64,000 bases of DNA from a virus, in the IMG/VR virus record IMGVR_UViG_3300035670_000040, positions 32,001-96,000 of that record, one strand, 5' to 3'. The notes below the pieces were generated by a model. That model ran no database searches. It saw nothing but the letters and a program-made list of their open reading frames with translations, and was not told the origin of the DNA. The stretch's first letter is position 1; every line of letters begins with the position of its first letter. Of this stretch, positions 29,785 to 39,726 are shown piece after piece. The translations under genes and the position numbers were made by a program.

Positions 29785-30313
29785 AACAGAATGCATATAT
29801 TGCGGTTCAACTAGTTACGGAAAAACTTGTTATTTGTCTCCTAATAAAGTACACGTACATACTGGTGATCCAACTGTTTGTATATATTGCGGTTCTAAAG
29901 CAATAGGATCTGGATGTTATAATAATCCATATGGAAAAATTCATGTAAGAGGACCAGAATTTTTAAATAGATTTACAGAACAAGCTGAAAAATCTATTTT
30001 GTTAAAGTACTTTTTAGAAAAAATTAATAAAGATGAAGAAAAACAATCTAATTCTTTTTTAGATAATTTTTATTCTAAAGTTCGTTCAATGATAACTAAC
30101 TTAAGTGTGCCTTTATTGGAATCATTTTTTTTAATGGAAAAACCAACATATAAAAACCTTGATAAAGAGCAAATGGTTATTGCTATTGAATCGAAAAAAC
30201 TTGTTTCAAGTAAATTATCCGAAATGAAAGATATTTTGTCTGAAATAAATTTAGTTTTACCAACAGAAATAGTTGAAGAAATTATAGTTGATGCTATTAT
30301 TTCTTCTAAATGA
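29774..30313 (+). CDS. Protein with two Cys/His (putative Zn-binding) repeats plus helical domain
   Basis: CIYCGSTSYGKTCYLSPNKVHVH and CIYCGSKAIGSGCYNNPYGKIHVR. Confidence 0.75.
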   Translation: MKNKTECIYCGSTSYGKTCYLSPNKVHVHTGDPTVCIYCGSKAIGSGCYNNPYGKIHVRGPEFLNRFTEQAEKSILLKYFLEKINKDEEKQSNSFLDNFYSKVRSMITNLSVPLLESFFLMEKPTYKNLDKEQMVIAIESKKLVSSKLSEMKDILSEINLVLPTEIVEEIIVDAIISSK

Positions 30314-30765
30314 CGGATTATTTGTTTTTTTCTTTAAAAAATCGCTTGACAATTTTTAATTATACCTTATATTTAAATATAATTGAAGAAACCATTATAA
30401 AATATATAGAAGAATGGGATTTATTAGATAAAGATTATAAAGTTCCTAATAAAATACCATATTATTATGATTTTTTATCTAAAGTATTAAAAGAAGAAAT
30501 AGATAAAATTAAAAAAATTCAAAAAAACACCAATACTAAATCGATTGTATTAATAAATTTACAAAAAAAAGGAAAGTTTTCAAAATATTTTGACAATTAT
30601 GATGTTTTTATAAAACAAAATGTAAAAATCTTAAAAAAACTTGAAAAAAACGTGTTTATTACAGATTTAGAGTTTTCCAAAACAAATGGAACATTTCAAC
30701 ATTTAAACTGTTTGGATCTTTTAGGAGAAGAAGAAGAATTTTTAAAAAAACTAACAATTGTTTGA
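30310..30765 (+). CDS. Hypothetical protein
   Basis: 151 aa, 4-nt overlap with the previous gene. Confidence 0.6.
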   Translation: MTDYLFFSLKNRLTIFNYTLYLNIIEETIIKYIEEWDLLDKDYKVPNKIPYYYDFLSKVLKEEIDKIKKIQKNTNTKSIVLINLQKKGKFSKYFDNYDVFIKQNVKILKKLEKNVFITDLEFSKTNGTFQHLNCLDLLGEEEEFLKKLTIV

Positions 30766-31044
30766 TTTTTTCTCCAACTCATAGAGTTCTTTCAATGCAT
30801 CTTCAAATGAATATGTTTTTAAACCAATAGAAGTTTCTGGTTTTATTGTAGGATTTGTTTTTTCTTCTTCTGACAATATAGAATTGAATGTATTGATTAA
30901 ATCGTTCTCAAGTTTTTGATTCTGTGGATCTCTTTCAAAAAAAGGAGAAAATGAAGGACTAGATGAAGGAGTTAAAATTATTGAATTTTTACCCTTTACT
31001 TGTGAAGAATAAACTTGTTCAAGGCTTTTATGCACAGCTTTCAA
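30751..31044 (-). CDS. Hypothetical protein
   Basis: 97 aa with TTG start following the endolysin; fills the space to the convergent gene. Confidence 0.55.
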   Translation of the reverse strand: MKAVHKSLEQVYSSQVKGKNSIILTPSSSPSFSPFFERDPQNQKLENDLINTFNSILSEEEKTNPTIKPETSIGLKTYSFEDALKELYELEKKSNNC

Positions 31045-31651
31045 TTAATTTTGCTTCGGTTTCTCTTCTTTCAAGAAGTCCATCAAGACCTTTTCCAACC
31101 CAAAGTCTTTTCATTTTTCTTACTTCTTTTGCAATCCCTTTATAATCTTTAAAAGGTATCAATTCTTTAATATTTCTCATTTCCAGTCTAGATTGACCAT
31201 TTAAACTTGTTCCTCTATTAAAAACAATCGAGACAATAGCACCATAGGCATCTTCTTTTAGCTCTGTAGCCCCCAGAAACGTTTTATTTGTTAGTTTGGT
31301 AAACTTGGGCCATGTTATACTGTAAAAAATATCTAGAGCTTTTTCCCAATCAACAGTTATTCCTGCATTTCTCAGAATTCTAGTATATTCTCTTCCTTTT
31401 TCACCAGTCTTACCAACAGAACCTTGAATTAATTCAATTTGATTTTGTGGAAGAAAATTAAATATTTTTGAAAGTTCTGTTTTAGTATAATATGCACAAT
31501 CAATTCCTATTGCTATTGTTGGTCCAGATGCTCCTTTTGGCCATGTAAATTTAGATAAGAATTTATCATAATAAGATTTTCCACCACCTACTTCGTATTT
31601 TAAGAGCAAGTCAAGTGTTTTTGGAGAAGGTTTATCGTAATTCATAGTCAT
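31028..31651 (-). CDS. Endolysin, lysozyme-fold muramidase (pesticin/T4L-like)
   Basis: YEVGG...WPKGASGPTIAIGIDCAY, AIVSIVFNRG, GLLERRETEA. Confidence 0.82.
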   Translation of the reverse strand: MTMNYDKPSPKTLDLLLKYEVGGGKSYYDKFLSKFTWPKGASGPTIAIGIDCAYYTKTELSKIFNFLPQNQIELIQGSVGKTGEKGREYTRILRNAGITVDWEKALDIFYSITWPKFTKLTNKTFLGATELKEDAYGAIVSIVFNRGTSLNGQSRLEMRNIKELIPFKDYKGIAKEVRKMKRLWVGKGLDGLLERRETEAKLIESCA

Positions 31652-32063
31652 CTTCCTTTGAATTACTTGTAATTACTGTTATTTCTTCAAATTTTTCTGT
31701 TTTATTTTCTGATTTAAAATCAACATTTGAATCAGATTTATATCTAAAGTCTAATAATGTCTGAACACCTAAATAACTACCGATTATTACTGCTAATATT
31801 TTTATTGTTTCAACAAATATTGTAACAAATGCAGATGTTATTGTTGCTGACATTCCAGATGTTAAAAATAAAACAAAAATACTAACCGCATAAAACACAG
31901 AAAGTATTATTACAGAACAAAAAACAACAAAAAATTTTTTTGATGCTAAAAAGTTTATATTACTCAAGTCTTTTTGATATTCTGTTGGTGTATTTGGTGG
32001 AATATCACCAGAATGCAACATTGAACTTGCTGTTTTTGCTATTTCAATAATTTTTGCCCACAT
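31632..32063 (-). CDS. Putative holin
   Basis: Two hydrophobic segments after SKKF, charged C-terminus, directly upstream of the endolysin. Confidence 0.65.
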   Translation of the reverse strand: MWAKIIEIAKTASSMLHSGDIPPNTPTEYQKDLSNINFLASKKFFVVFCSVIILSVFYAVSIFVLFLTSGMSATITSAFVTIFVETIKILAVIIGSYLGVQTLLDFRYKSDSNVDFKSENKTEKFEEITVITSNSKEDDYELR

Positions 32064-32065
32064 TT

Positions 32066-32686
32066 TTATAAAATTCCTTTCATTCTTAAATAAATTCCAC
32101 CAGCAATAATGAGAATCAAAATAACTGAAATAATATTTCTTTTTAAAATAGCAAAATCCTTTTCTACAAGCTTTTTTTGCATCAAATTATTGTCATTAAC
32201 AAGTTTTTCTGCGTTTTTTTGTTCCGAAATAATTTGTTGATCAACTTTTTCTTGTAAATTTTTTAGATTTTTATAATCATTTTGTAATTGTACAAATATT
32301 TCTTTATCTTTTAAAAGTTGAGAATATTCTTCGGAATTTACAACAACAACAGTTGTTCCTTTGAATTTTTCAGGAACAATTATTATTCTTTCACCTGTTT
32401 GCTTGTTTTTCCCACTATTAGATGCTATTACATGTAAACTTGGTGTAGTGGATGATGTCTTTTTATTAATGATTTCTTCAACAGGTATTCTTTTTTCAGG
32501 GGGTCTTACAATACGAACTGCTTCGTCTAAAGAACTATCTGTTAAATCAAATCTTCCTTTATCAAAGGAATCATTTGCATGATATACAGATTGAGAAAGA
32601 ATCTCTGACTGTTTTGTTGTGTAAACAGTACATGAAACAATAAAAAAAGAGATTGTAATTATATATATAAACTTTAAAAGGCTCAT
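32066..32686 (-). CDS. Putative unimolecular spanin
   Basis: Lipoprotein signal MSLLKFIYIITISFFIVS-C, coiled coil, and C-terminal TM helix IISVILILIIAGGIYL; in the lysis cassette. Confidence 0.65.
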   Translation of the reverse strand: MSLLKFIYIITISFFIVSCTVYTTKQSEILSQSVYHANDSFDKGRFDLTDSSLDEAVRIVRPPEKRIPVEEIINKKTSSTTPSLHVIASNSGKNKQTGERIIIVPEKFKGTTVVVVNSEEYSQLLKDKEIFVQLQNDYKNLKNLQEKVDQQIISEQKNAEKLVNDNNLMQKKLVEKDFAILKRNIISVILILIIAGGIYLRMKGIL

Positions 32687-32712
32687 ATATATAATTACAA
32701 TTTATAATGTTT

Positions 32713-32919
32713 TTAAGAAACTATATTTTCAGATTCTGTCTTTTCTTTTAAAGATTTATTCTCTTCTGATAAAGACTGAGATATAGCATTTAATTTTAAT
32801 AATTCAGTTTCTAAAACCGATACTCTGTCTAGTGCATCGTTTCTTTGAATAATTAATCTATCAAATAATACTTGTAGATAATTTTCATCTTTTAAATTAT
32901 TTTTGATAATGTCTCTCAT
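32713..32919 (-). CDS. Small coiled-coil protein
   Basis: 68 aa between tail fibre and lysis genes. Confidence 0.6.
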   Translation of the reverse strand: MRDIIKNNLKDENYLQVLFDRLIIQRNDALDRVSVLETELLKLNAISQSLSEENKSLKEKTESENIVS

Positions 32920-32925
32920 AGAAAA

Positions 32926-35900
32926 TTATTTAATCTTGCCTTCTAACTTTTCAAGTCTTTCTGTTAATTCTTTAACAGCATTTATTAAATACCAAACCAA
33001 AGGATCTGTATTAACAGAAAGAATTCCTGATTCGTTTTCATTAACACAATCTGGTAAAATTTCTTTAAATTCTTGTGCAATAACACCTAATTGTATACCT
33101 TCTTTATTAACAAAAGATGATTTAGCAATTTCTTCTATTTCTGATAATTTTTTATATTCAAAATTTCTAACTCTGATTGATTTAATTTTATTTAAACCTT
33201 CAGAATTATCTGTTATGTTCTTTTTAATTCTTTTATCACACGTAGTTACCCATGTAGTTGTATTTTTTCCATTATAAGCACCTCCAGTACCGCCTATAAA
33301 TGCAGTATTGTTACCCTTACCAGCAAGAGAATCACCTATAACAATTTGATATGTTCCAGTAGCAACACTTGGTCTTGCATATTGACCTATAAGAATATTG
33401 TTTGTACCAGTTGTTAAAGCAGCACCACCAGTTCCTGTCATTCTACCTGCATTTGCACCAATTCCTATATTATAGGAACCGTCACATTCATAAAGAGAAA
33501 GACGACCAATAGATGTATTATAAGATGAAGAACTACCTTGATTAAGTGATCTATCACCAACCGCTGTATTTCCTGAACCCATTGATACTGCACCAGCACC
33601 ATTTCCTATGTATGTTACTCCACTTGAAGTTGTAAGATCAGAACCAATCGATGAACCTGCATTATAACCAACAGCAGTATTAGAACTAGAACGAACATAG
33701 ATTAAAGCATTTATCCCAATAGCAACATTATTAGAAACATTACTTGTTCCATTTAAAGCACTGCTACCAATAGCAATATTACCATAGCCTGTTGTAATTC
33801 CATACATACTGCTACCAATAGCAATATTATAGTCACCGCTAGTAATAGAATAACCAGAATACGCTCCTATACAATTATTATATCCACCAGATGTAATATT
33901 TGCACCAGCATCAATACCTACTAAAGAATTTTGAGATCCTGATGTAAGTAAGGAAGCAGCATTTGATCCAATTGCTGTATTAGAATTCCCAGTACTACAT
34001 TTAAGTAAGCAATTAGCCCCGACAGCTGTATTATGATAATTAAATCCATCGTCATCTGTTCCTTCACGCATTGCATTTGCTCCAATTGCTGTATTATTAT
34101 ACCCATATATAATTTTTTCTAGTGCATTGCAACCAACTGCGGTATTATACTCAGAAAATGGATCATTTGATGCATCCATTGCATTTGATCCAATTGCTGT
34201 ATTGAAGCTTCCTGTATTAAGTCTTAAAGCATCGTAACCAACAGCGGTGTTTTGTTGTCCATCTGTAACGTTTCCTAGAGAAGAATATCCTACAGAAGTA
34301 TTATATTGTCCAGATGTTTCTTTTTGTTGAGAAGCATAACCAATAGCAGTATTAAATCTTCCAGTTGTAATTGCTGATAATGCATATACACCCAAAGAAG
34401 TATTAAAGGATCCAAAACTTGAAGATGTACCACTGCTAAATTCTCCACCATTACCTATATAAATATTTCTTCCACTACTGCCTGAACGATAATTGGTTGA
34501 TATTAATATTTCTTGTCCACTTGAATTTATGTAAGTATCTTTCAACCTTGAATCACCTTCAACCCTAAATACTTCAGTTGATGTTGTTGTAGTGTTTACT
34601 AACAATTTAGGAGTATATGTCCAAGCATTTGAAACTCTAAATCTTTCTGTTCCTGCAATTGTTGTTGAAACCTGATTTGTTGCAAAATAAAAACCAGTAC
34701 TTGTACTTCCTGTAAAATTTATGGATGGAGTTGCTGCCGCACCATTAGGAAATGTAGTATTTCCGCTAAATGTCTTAATACCAGCAATCGTTTGATTGCC
34801 AGCATTCATAACAAAGTCCGCATTTGCACCAGCATTAGGAATTGTATATGTTCTTGCTGTATTGGTTGTATATGTTAAGGTTGCCTTGTTGGTTTGAGTA
34901 CCCATCTGGATGGTTCCAGCACCGGTTATATTTCCACTAATATTAGCACTTCCATTGAAACTCTGACCCCAAATTGTTCTTGAAGTTGCAAGAATTGTTG
35001 CTGTTGCTGCATTTCCAGTAACACTAATTGGCCATGTTCCTGTAGCATTTGTTCCGTCTGTAAATGCAATATCTTTATATGTAGAAAATGGACTGTTTGA
35101 ACCAAAAGATGCTTGCCACAATCTCATTCCGATAGCATCTTTTCTAATAGAAATCATATTATCATTTCCACCACCAGAAGAACTCCATGTTCTAAGTATA
35201 ATATTATCAGAGTATGGCGAAGCATTATTATTATTCCATGTACCAAATGCAACACTTGCATATGTTGTTCTAAATGCAGAAGGAGCAACAGTTCTATTAT
35301 CTATTGCTTTAATAGCTGATATGCTTATGTTTGATGTTCCATCAAAAGAAATATCGTTTATTGTTCTTGCTGTTTGTAATTTTGTTGCTGTTCCAGCATT
35401 TCCTGTTATAGAACCAGCTATATTTGAACTAAATGTTTTAGTACCAGCAATAGTCTGATTACCAGCATTCATAACAAAGTCCGCATTTGCACCAGCATCA
35501 GGAATTGTATATGTTCTTGATGCATTGGTTGTATATGTTAAGGTAGCCTTGTTAGCCTGAGTACCCATAACAAAATTTGAAGCGGTAATATTAGAACTAG
35601 CACTAATATTTCCAAGAACAGTTAATCTTTCATTTGGAGAAGAAGTTCCAATACCAACATTTCCAACAGCATTAGTACTACTAGATGTTCTGGTTAAAGT
35701 TAATAATCCATTTCCAGTTCCACTAGTATTTTGTGGTCCTATAATTAAAGGTTTTCCTGATGTTGGTGTAATCTCATCTATCCACATCGCCCATCTATTG
35801 TTATTCGATGTATCGCCTCTTAAAATATATTGAGGATATGAAGTATTAGTAGCAGCTATGCTACCATTAGCAAAAATAAATCCATCTACAACAAAATTAT

Positions 35901-38307
35901 CATTTGTCCTTAATGAATTTGCAGAATCTCTATAAAGATTTGCATCTCCACCAAGAACTATAGCATCTCCAACAGAAGTAGCATTAGGAAAGTTTACTGG
36001 ACCTCCATTGAATGTTAATGTGTCAAGAGAATCCGAACCTAAAACAACATTTCCATTAACTGTTAAATTTCCAGTGGCACTAATATTACCAGAAACAGTC
36101 AATGTTTCATTTGGTGTTGTTGTTAGAACACCTATTCTATTATTAGTTGAATCAACATATAATGTATTACTATCAACATTTAGATTACCTGTTACAGAAA
36201 CAGTTGAACCATTATCTGTTATAGAACTATTACCTATAGTATTTGGACCTGTTGATTTTAAAATTGTATTTGTGGTTCCAGAACCACTTAAAAATGTAGC
36301 AGCAGTATCCCAAACTCTTGAATTTATTATTCTTGATTGAAGAGTTCCTGCATTTTGTGTTATAATATTGTTAGTAGATCCTGTAGCTAATGTAGTAGGA
36401 ACAGTTATATTTCCAACAACTAATGTATTATCTGTTTTTAATGTATTAGTGGCAGATCTATATAAATTTGTATCACTTCCAATTAATAAAGTATTATCTA
36501 ATTTTAAATTACCTGATGCAGAAACATTACCAGAAATAGTCAATGCTTGATTTGCTACCGATGAACTTGTGTTTATCGAAACACCTTGATTGTTTACATA
36601 TAGTCTTGGTTGTCCAAAATAATTAAATCTTGCTGAATCCAAAGTTCCTACAAGTGGTGTTTTATTTTGATCAACCTGTAATGGAACTATATCATACAGA
36701 AAGTTATTAATATTAAATGCACTAACATTTCCAGTTACTGTATTAACACTTGTAATATTTCCACCAGCAGTAATATTTCCTGTGATAGTTAAATTTCCTT
36801 GTGAAATGATTTCCGGTAAATAAACCACATTATCCCTATTAACAACAACGCTATTTCTTCCTATAATAGTAACATTTGAAAAATTTGCAGTATTATTACC
36901 ACTTCCACCAATAACTATTGAATTATTTTGTACAGAATTATCTTTTCCACCAATAATAATACCGTTATTTCCTGTTTTGTTGTTATTACCACCTATTATA
37001 AATGAATTATTACCATTACTTATTCCATTAGGAACATTAGCAGAAGCATTGTTTTGTCCACCTAAAAATACAGAATTGGATGAATTAAAATCATTATTTG
37101 AACCACCAATTGATTGAGAGTTTTGACCTATTATTTGTGTATTAACAGAACCGATAGCAACAGCACTTAAAGAAGCAGTATTTCCCTTACCACCTATTAC
37201 AGAACTTTCCTGATAAGCCTTACTTGCACTTGAAGCAACAACAAATGAAAAATCATTAACTATATTTGAATTTCCACCCAAAACAACAGAATTACCAGTT
37301 ACACTACTATTATCTGTATTAAATGCCAAACTGTTTGTTGCAATTGTGTTGTTTGAACCATTTAATAAAACCGATCTATCATTTAGAGTATTATTATTTC
37401 CTAATAAATTAATTGAACTTAGTCTAGATGTTGTATTTCTACTATTTATTAAAATAGAATTTGTTGATAAACCAGAATTAAATGTGTTTATTGCTAAAGA
37501 TGTATCTCTTAAATTCGAATCAAAAGAATTTAATGCAACAGAATTTGATGAAACTAAATTGTTAAATCCATCAATGTTTAAGGAATTGTTATAAATTTTA
37601 TTATTATTAGAAGCAATATTTGTTGATGAATTTGTTACAAAATTAGAACTTCCTAGAATAGATAAACTATTGTTATCAACAAAGTTATCATTTCCATTTA
37701 TTTGTACAGATCCGGAAGATACTGTACTATTATTTGAATTAAATAAAATTGAATTATTATTTAATATATTATTTTTTCCTAAAATATTAATAGATGAATT
37801 TGCTAAAGTATTTGAATCACCTAATAAGGAAATAGAGTCATGTTTAGATATAGAATTTTTTGAATTTACTGAAAGAGAATTTGATGATACTGTTGAATTT
37901 GTTGTTGTTATTGAAACAGATGTGTCTAATGTTGTATTCCCGTTATTTACAATACCTACACAAGACTTACCAACAGTACCATTATCAACGGCTTTAAAAT
38001 TATTTACATTAACATCCGAACTAAAAGAAATTACTCCATTTAAAAAACTTATATTCTTATTATTAACATCTAGGTTAATACCTTCTGTACCAAAAACATT
38101 AAATTGTTTTGTATTTCCGCTTAGAGAAATAGCATCAGTTAGAACATTAATTTTTTTATTAATAACATCTAATGCAATACCCTCTTTATCAAATAAATTA
38201 AATTCTTTTTTTGTGGTTGTTGAACTCAACGAGATAGCATCATTTAGAACGTTAAATTCCTTATTTACGGTATCTATCAAAAGACCTTCAGTTTTTATGT
38301 ATTGCAT
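32926..38307 (-). CDS. Long tail fibre/adhesin with C-terminal peptidase S74 intramolecular chaperone
   Basis: 1793 aa, N/S/T/G-rich; beta-helical NTA(I/V)G repeats, TATKLQTARTI repeats, C-terminal CDKRIKKNI...LGVIAQE...YLINAVKEL. Confidence 0.9.
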   Translation of the reverse strand: MQYIKTEGLLIDTVNKEFNVLNDAISLSSTTTKKEFNLFDKEGIALDVINKKINVLTDAISLSGNTKQFNVFGTEGINLDVNNKNISFLNGVISFSSDVNVNNFKAVDNGTVGKSCVGIVNNGNTTLDTSVSITTTNSTVSSNSLSVNSKNSISKHDSISLLGDSNTLANSSINILGKNNILNNNSILFNSNNSTVSSGSVQINGNDNFVDNNSLSILGSSNFVTNSSTNIASNNNKIYNNSLNIDGFNNLVSSNSVALNSFDSNLRDTSLAINTFNSGLSTNSILINSRNTTSRLSSINLLGNNNTLNDRSVLLNGSNNTIATNSLAFNTDNSSVTGNSVVLGGNSNIVNDFSFVVASSASKAYQESSVIGGKGNTASLSAVAIGSVNTQIIGQNSQSIGGSNNDFNSSNSVFLGGQNNASANVPNGISNGNNSFIIGGNNNKTGNNGIIIGGKDNSVQNNSIVIGGSGNNTANFSNVTIIGRNSVVVNRDNVVYLPEIISQGNLTITGNITAGGNITSVNTVTGNVSAFNINNFLYDIVPLQVDQNKTPLVGTLDSARFNYFGQPRLYVNNQGVSINTSSSVANQALTISGNVSASGNLKLDNTLLIGSDTNLYRSATNTLKTDNTLVVGNITVPTTLATGSTNNIITQNAGTLQSRIINSRVWDTAATFLSGSGTTNTILKSTGPNTIGNSSITDNGSTVSVTGNLNVDSNTLYVDSTNNRIGVLTTTPNETLTVSGNISATGNLTVNGNVVLGSDSLDTLTFNGGPVNFPNATSVGDAIVLGGDANLYRDSANSLRTNDNFVVDGFIFANGSIAATNTSYPQYILRGDTSNNNRWAMWIDEITPTSGKPLIIGPQNTSGTGNGLLTLTRTSSSTNAVGNVGIGTSSPNERLTVLGNISASSNITASNFVMGTQANKATLTYTTNASRTYTIPDAGANADFVMNAGNQTIAGTKTFSSNIAGSITGNAGTATKLQTARTINDISFDGTSNISISAIKAIDNRTVAPSAFRTTYASVAFGTWNNNNASPYSDNIILRTWSSSGGGNDNMISIRKDAIGMRLWQASFGSNSPFSTYKDIAFTDGTNATGTWPISVTGNAATATILATSRTIWGQSFNGSANISGNITGAGTIQMGTQTNKATLTYTTNTARTYTIPNAGANADFVMNAGNQTIAGIKTFSGNTTFPNGAAATPSINFTGSTSTGFYFATNQVSTTIAGTERFRVSNAWTYTPKLLVNTTTTSTEVFRVEGDSRLKDTYINSSGQEILISTNYRSGSSGRNIYIGNGGEFSSGTSSSFGSFNTSLGVYALSAITTGRFNTAIGYASQQKETSGQYNTSVGYSSLGNVTDGQQNTAVGYDALRLNTGSFNTAIGSNAMDASNDPFSEYNTAVGCNALEKIIYGYNNTAIGANAMREGTDDDGFNYHNTAVGANCLLKCSTGNSNTAIGSNAASLLTSGSQNSLVGIDAGANITSGGYNNCIGAYSGYSITSGDYNIAIGSSMYGITTGYGNIAIGSSALNGTSNVSNNVAIGINALIYVRSSSNTAVGYNAGSSIGSDLTTSSGVTYIGNGAGAVSMGSGNTAVGDRSLNQGSSSSYNTSIGRLSLYECDGSYNIGIGANAGRMTGTGGAALTTGTNNILIGQYARPSVATGTYQIVIGDSLAGKGNNTAFIGGTGGAYNGKNTTTWVTTCDKRIKKNITDNSEGLNKIKSIRVRNFEYKKLSEIEEIAKSSFVNKEGIQLGVIAQEFKEILPDCVNENESGILSVNTDPLVWYLINAVKELTERLEKLEGKIK
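34766..34905. repeat. Direct repeat copy A (~140 bp) inside tail fibre gene
   Basis: About 12 mismatches versus 35429-35568 by manual alignment; offset 663 nt, in frame. Confidence 0.9.
35429..35568. repeat. Direct repeat copy B (~140 bp) inside tail fibre gene
   Basis: Encodes MGTQANKATLTYTTNASRTYTIPDAGANADFVMNAGNQTIAGTKTFS; copy A encodes a near-identical peptide. Confidence 0.9.
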
Positions 38308-38316
38308 ATAATAATT

Positions 38317-38357
38317 TACTTATATTTATTTAAAAATTGTCCATAAAACTGTAAATA
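38317..38357. promoter_or_regulatory. Divergent late-promoter-like elements
   Basis: Minus strand TAAATA (38323-38328) and TAAGTA (38317-38322) before the tail fibre; plus strand TAAATA (38352-38357) 6 nt before ATG 38364. Confidence 0.5.
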
Positions 38358-38363
38358 TAAAAT

Positions 38364-38756
38364 ATGAGTAGTTTTTTAAAAACATATAATAACATTAGAC
38401 AAAAATTGTTGTCAGAACAGGAAACTCAACAACAAGAAGATCAAATTCAATCAGAACCGATAGAAGGAATGGACGACACAGAAAATACTCCAGTTAAAAC
38501 AGGTCAGGAGGATGCAACAGTTTCTCCTAAATTAGATCCAGATGAAGAAGCATCAGCATTAAAGGAAGAAGAAAAGGGTCTTATAGAAAAAAATTGGATA
38601 GATAAAATCGTAAAATTATTAAATTTCTTGGATAAAGATAATGACAATGTAAAAGATATTATTAGTAAATTGTCAGAAGACACAGATAATATACAAGGCC
38701 AAAAACAAAAAATAGAAGAGCTACTCAATTCTATACCACCAGAAAAAACATCTTGA
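38364..38756 (+). CDS. Acidic hypothetical protein, possible head-internal protein
   Basis: 130 aa; leader MSSFLKTYNNIRQKLLSE then acidic low-complexity region. Confidence 0.7.
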   Translation: MSSFLKTYNNIRQKLLSEQETQQQEDQIQSEPIEGMDDTENTPVKTGQEDATVSPKLDPDEEASALKEEEKGLIEKNWIDKIVKLLNFLDKDNDNVKDIISKLSEDTDNIQGQKQKIEELLNSIPPEKTS

Positions 38757-38781
38757 CTTTTATAATAAATTTTCGTATATT
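38753..38781 (+). promoter_or_regulatory. Sigma70-like promoter
   Basis: TTGACT-N17-TATATT upstream of ATG 38796. Confidence 0.6.
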
Positions 38782-38795
38782 TTGTTTCTTAATAT

Positions 38796-39071
38796 ATGGA
38801 AAATTTAAACTTTACAGAAAATGAACTTTCGTACATCACAGAAAGTTTATTATTTTCACTGGGTTGTGATGTTTGTGCGAATTGGGACAGAGATGATATT
38901 GAAAATCTTTTTGAAATAGCACAAAAAATAAAAAATAATTGTTCTAATTTAGAAATGAACAATATTTTTATTCATAATCCTTTACTTGAAAACGGAAATA
39001 CGTATTTTGATGAAATAACACCAAAAATTATTTTAAATTTCCCTGAAATCTTAAAGGAGGATTTAGTATGA
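38796..39071 (+). CDS. Hypothetical protein
   Basis: 91 aa, ATGA-coupled to the kinase gene. Confidence 0.7.
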   Translation: MENLNFTENELSYITESLLFSLGCDVCANWDRDDIENLFEIAQKIKNNCSNLEMNNIFIHNPLLENGNTYFDEITPKIILNFPEILKEDLV

Positions 39072-39700
39072 AAATAGCAGTTTGTGGAACATCTTGTGTT
39101 GGTAAAAGTACATATATAAAAGATTTCTGTAAAGAATGGGCTTCTTATGAAAATCCAGAAAAAACATATAGAGATTTGATTAAATCAAAAAATTTAAACC
39201 ATTCATCCAATGGTGATGAGGATTCACAGAGACAAATTTTAAATGCTTTAATTGATCAGGCAACACAATTTTCAAAAAAGGAAAATATTATTTTTGATAG
39301 ATGTGTATTAGACAATATGGCATATACAAGTTGGCTTTATTTGAAGGATAAAGTATCGGATAAATTTTTAGACGAAACAAGAATCTTAGTAAGAGAAACA
39401 TTAAAACTTTATGATATTATATTTTTCATACCACTAACAAAGGTTTCACCTGTTGAATTAACAGAATCGGAATTGAGAGACAATGATCCAATTTATAGAG
39501 AAGAAATCGATAACATATTTAAAACATTTGTTGCTTCTTATCATAAAGCAGAAGGAAAAGTTTTCCCGTCAGAAGATTGTCCTGCTATTATTGAAATTTT
39601 TGGATCTCCACAGGAAAGAATACAAATGACTAAATTATATCTAACAGAACAAGGAACTCCTTATGGAGAAAATGAAAGTTTATTAACTGGAATATTTTGA
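39068..39700 (+). CDS. P-loop nucleotide kinase (AAA_28/dNMP-kinase-like)
   Basis: KIAVCGTSCVGKST, IFDRCVLDNMAY, YDIIFF, R-x5-YREEID. Confidence 0.8.
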   Translation: MKIAVCGTSCVGKSTYIKDFCKEWASYENPEKTYRDLIKSKNLNHSSNGDEDSQRQILNALIDQATQFSKKENIIFDRCVLDNMAYTSWLYLKDKVSDKFLDETRILVRETLKLYDIIFFIPLTKVSPVELTESELRDNDPIYREEIDNIFKTFVASYHKAEGKVFPSEDCPAIIEIFGSPQERIQMTKLYLTEQGTPYGENESLLTGIF

Positions 39701-39726
39701 GATAAATAAAAATATAATATAATAAT

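Noticed and set aside
30346-30373. TTGACA-N16-TATATT promoter-like sequence
   Set aside because: Inside a CDS with no suitable downstream start on that strand; may be chance in AT-rich DNA.
34766-35568. Diversity-generating retroelement TR/VR pair
   Set aside because: Mismatches are not confined to adenines, both copies are coding within one gene, and no reverse transcriptase is in the window.
36008-38311. Plus-strand ORFs (up to 213 aa) opposite the tail fibre
   Set aside because: Antisense shadows of a repetitive, codon-biased gene; no motifs.
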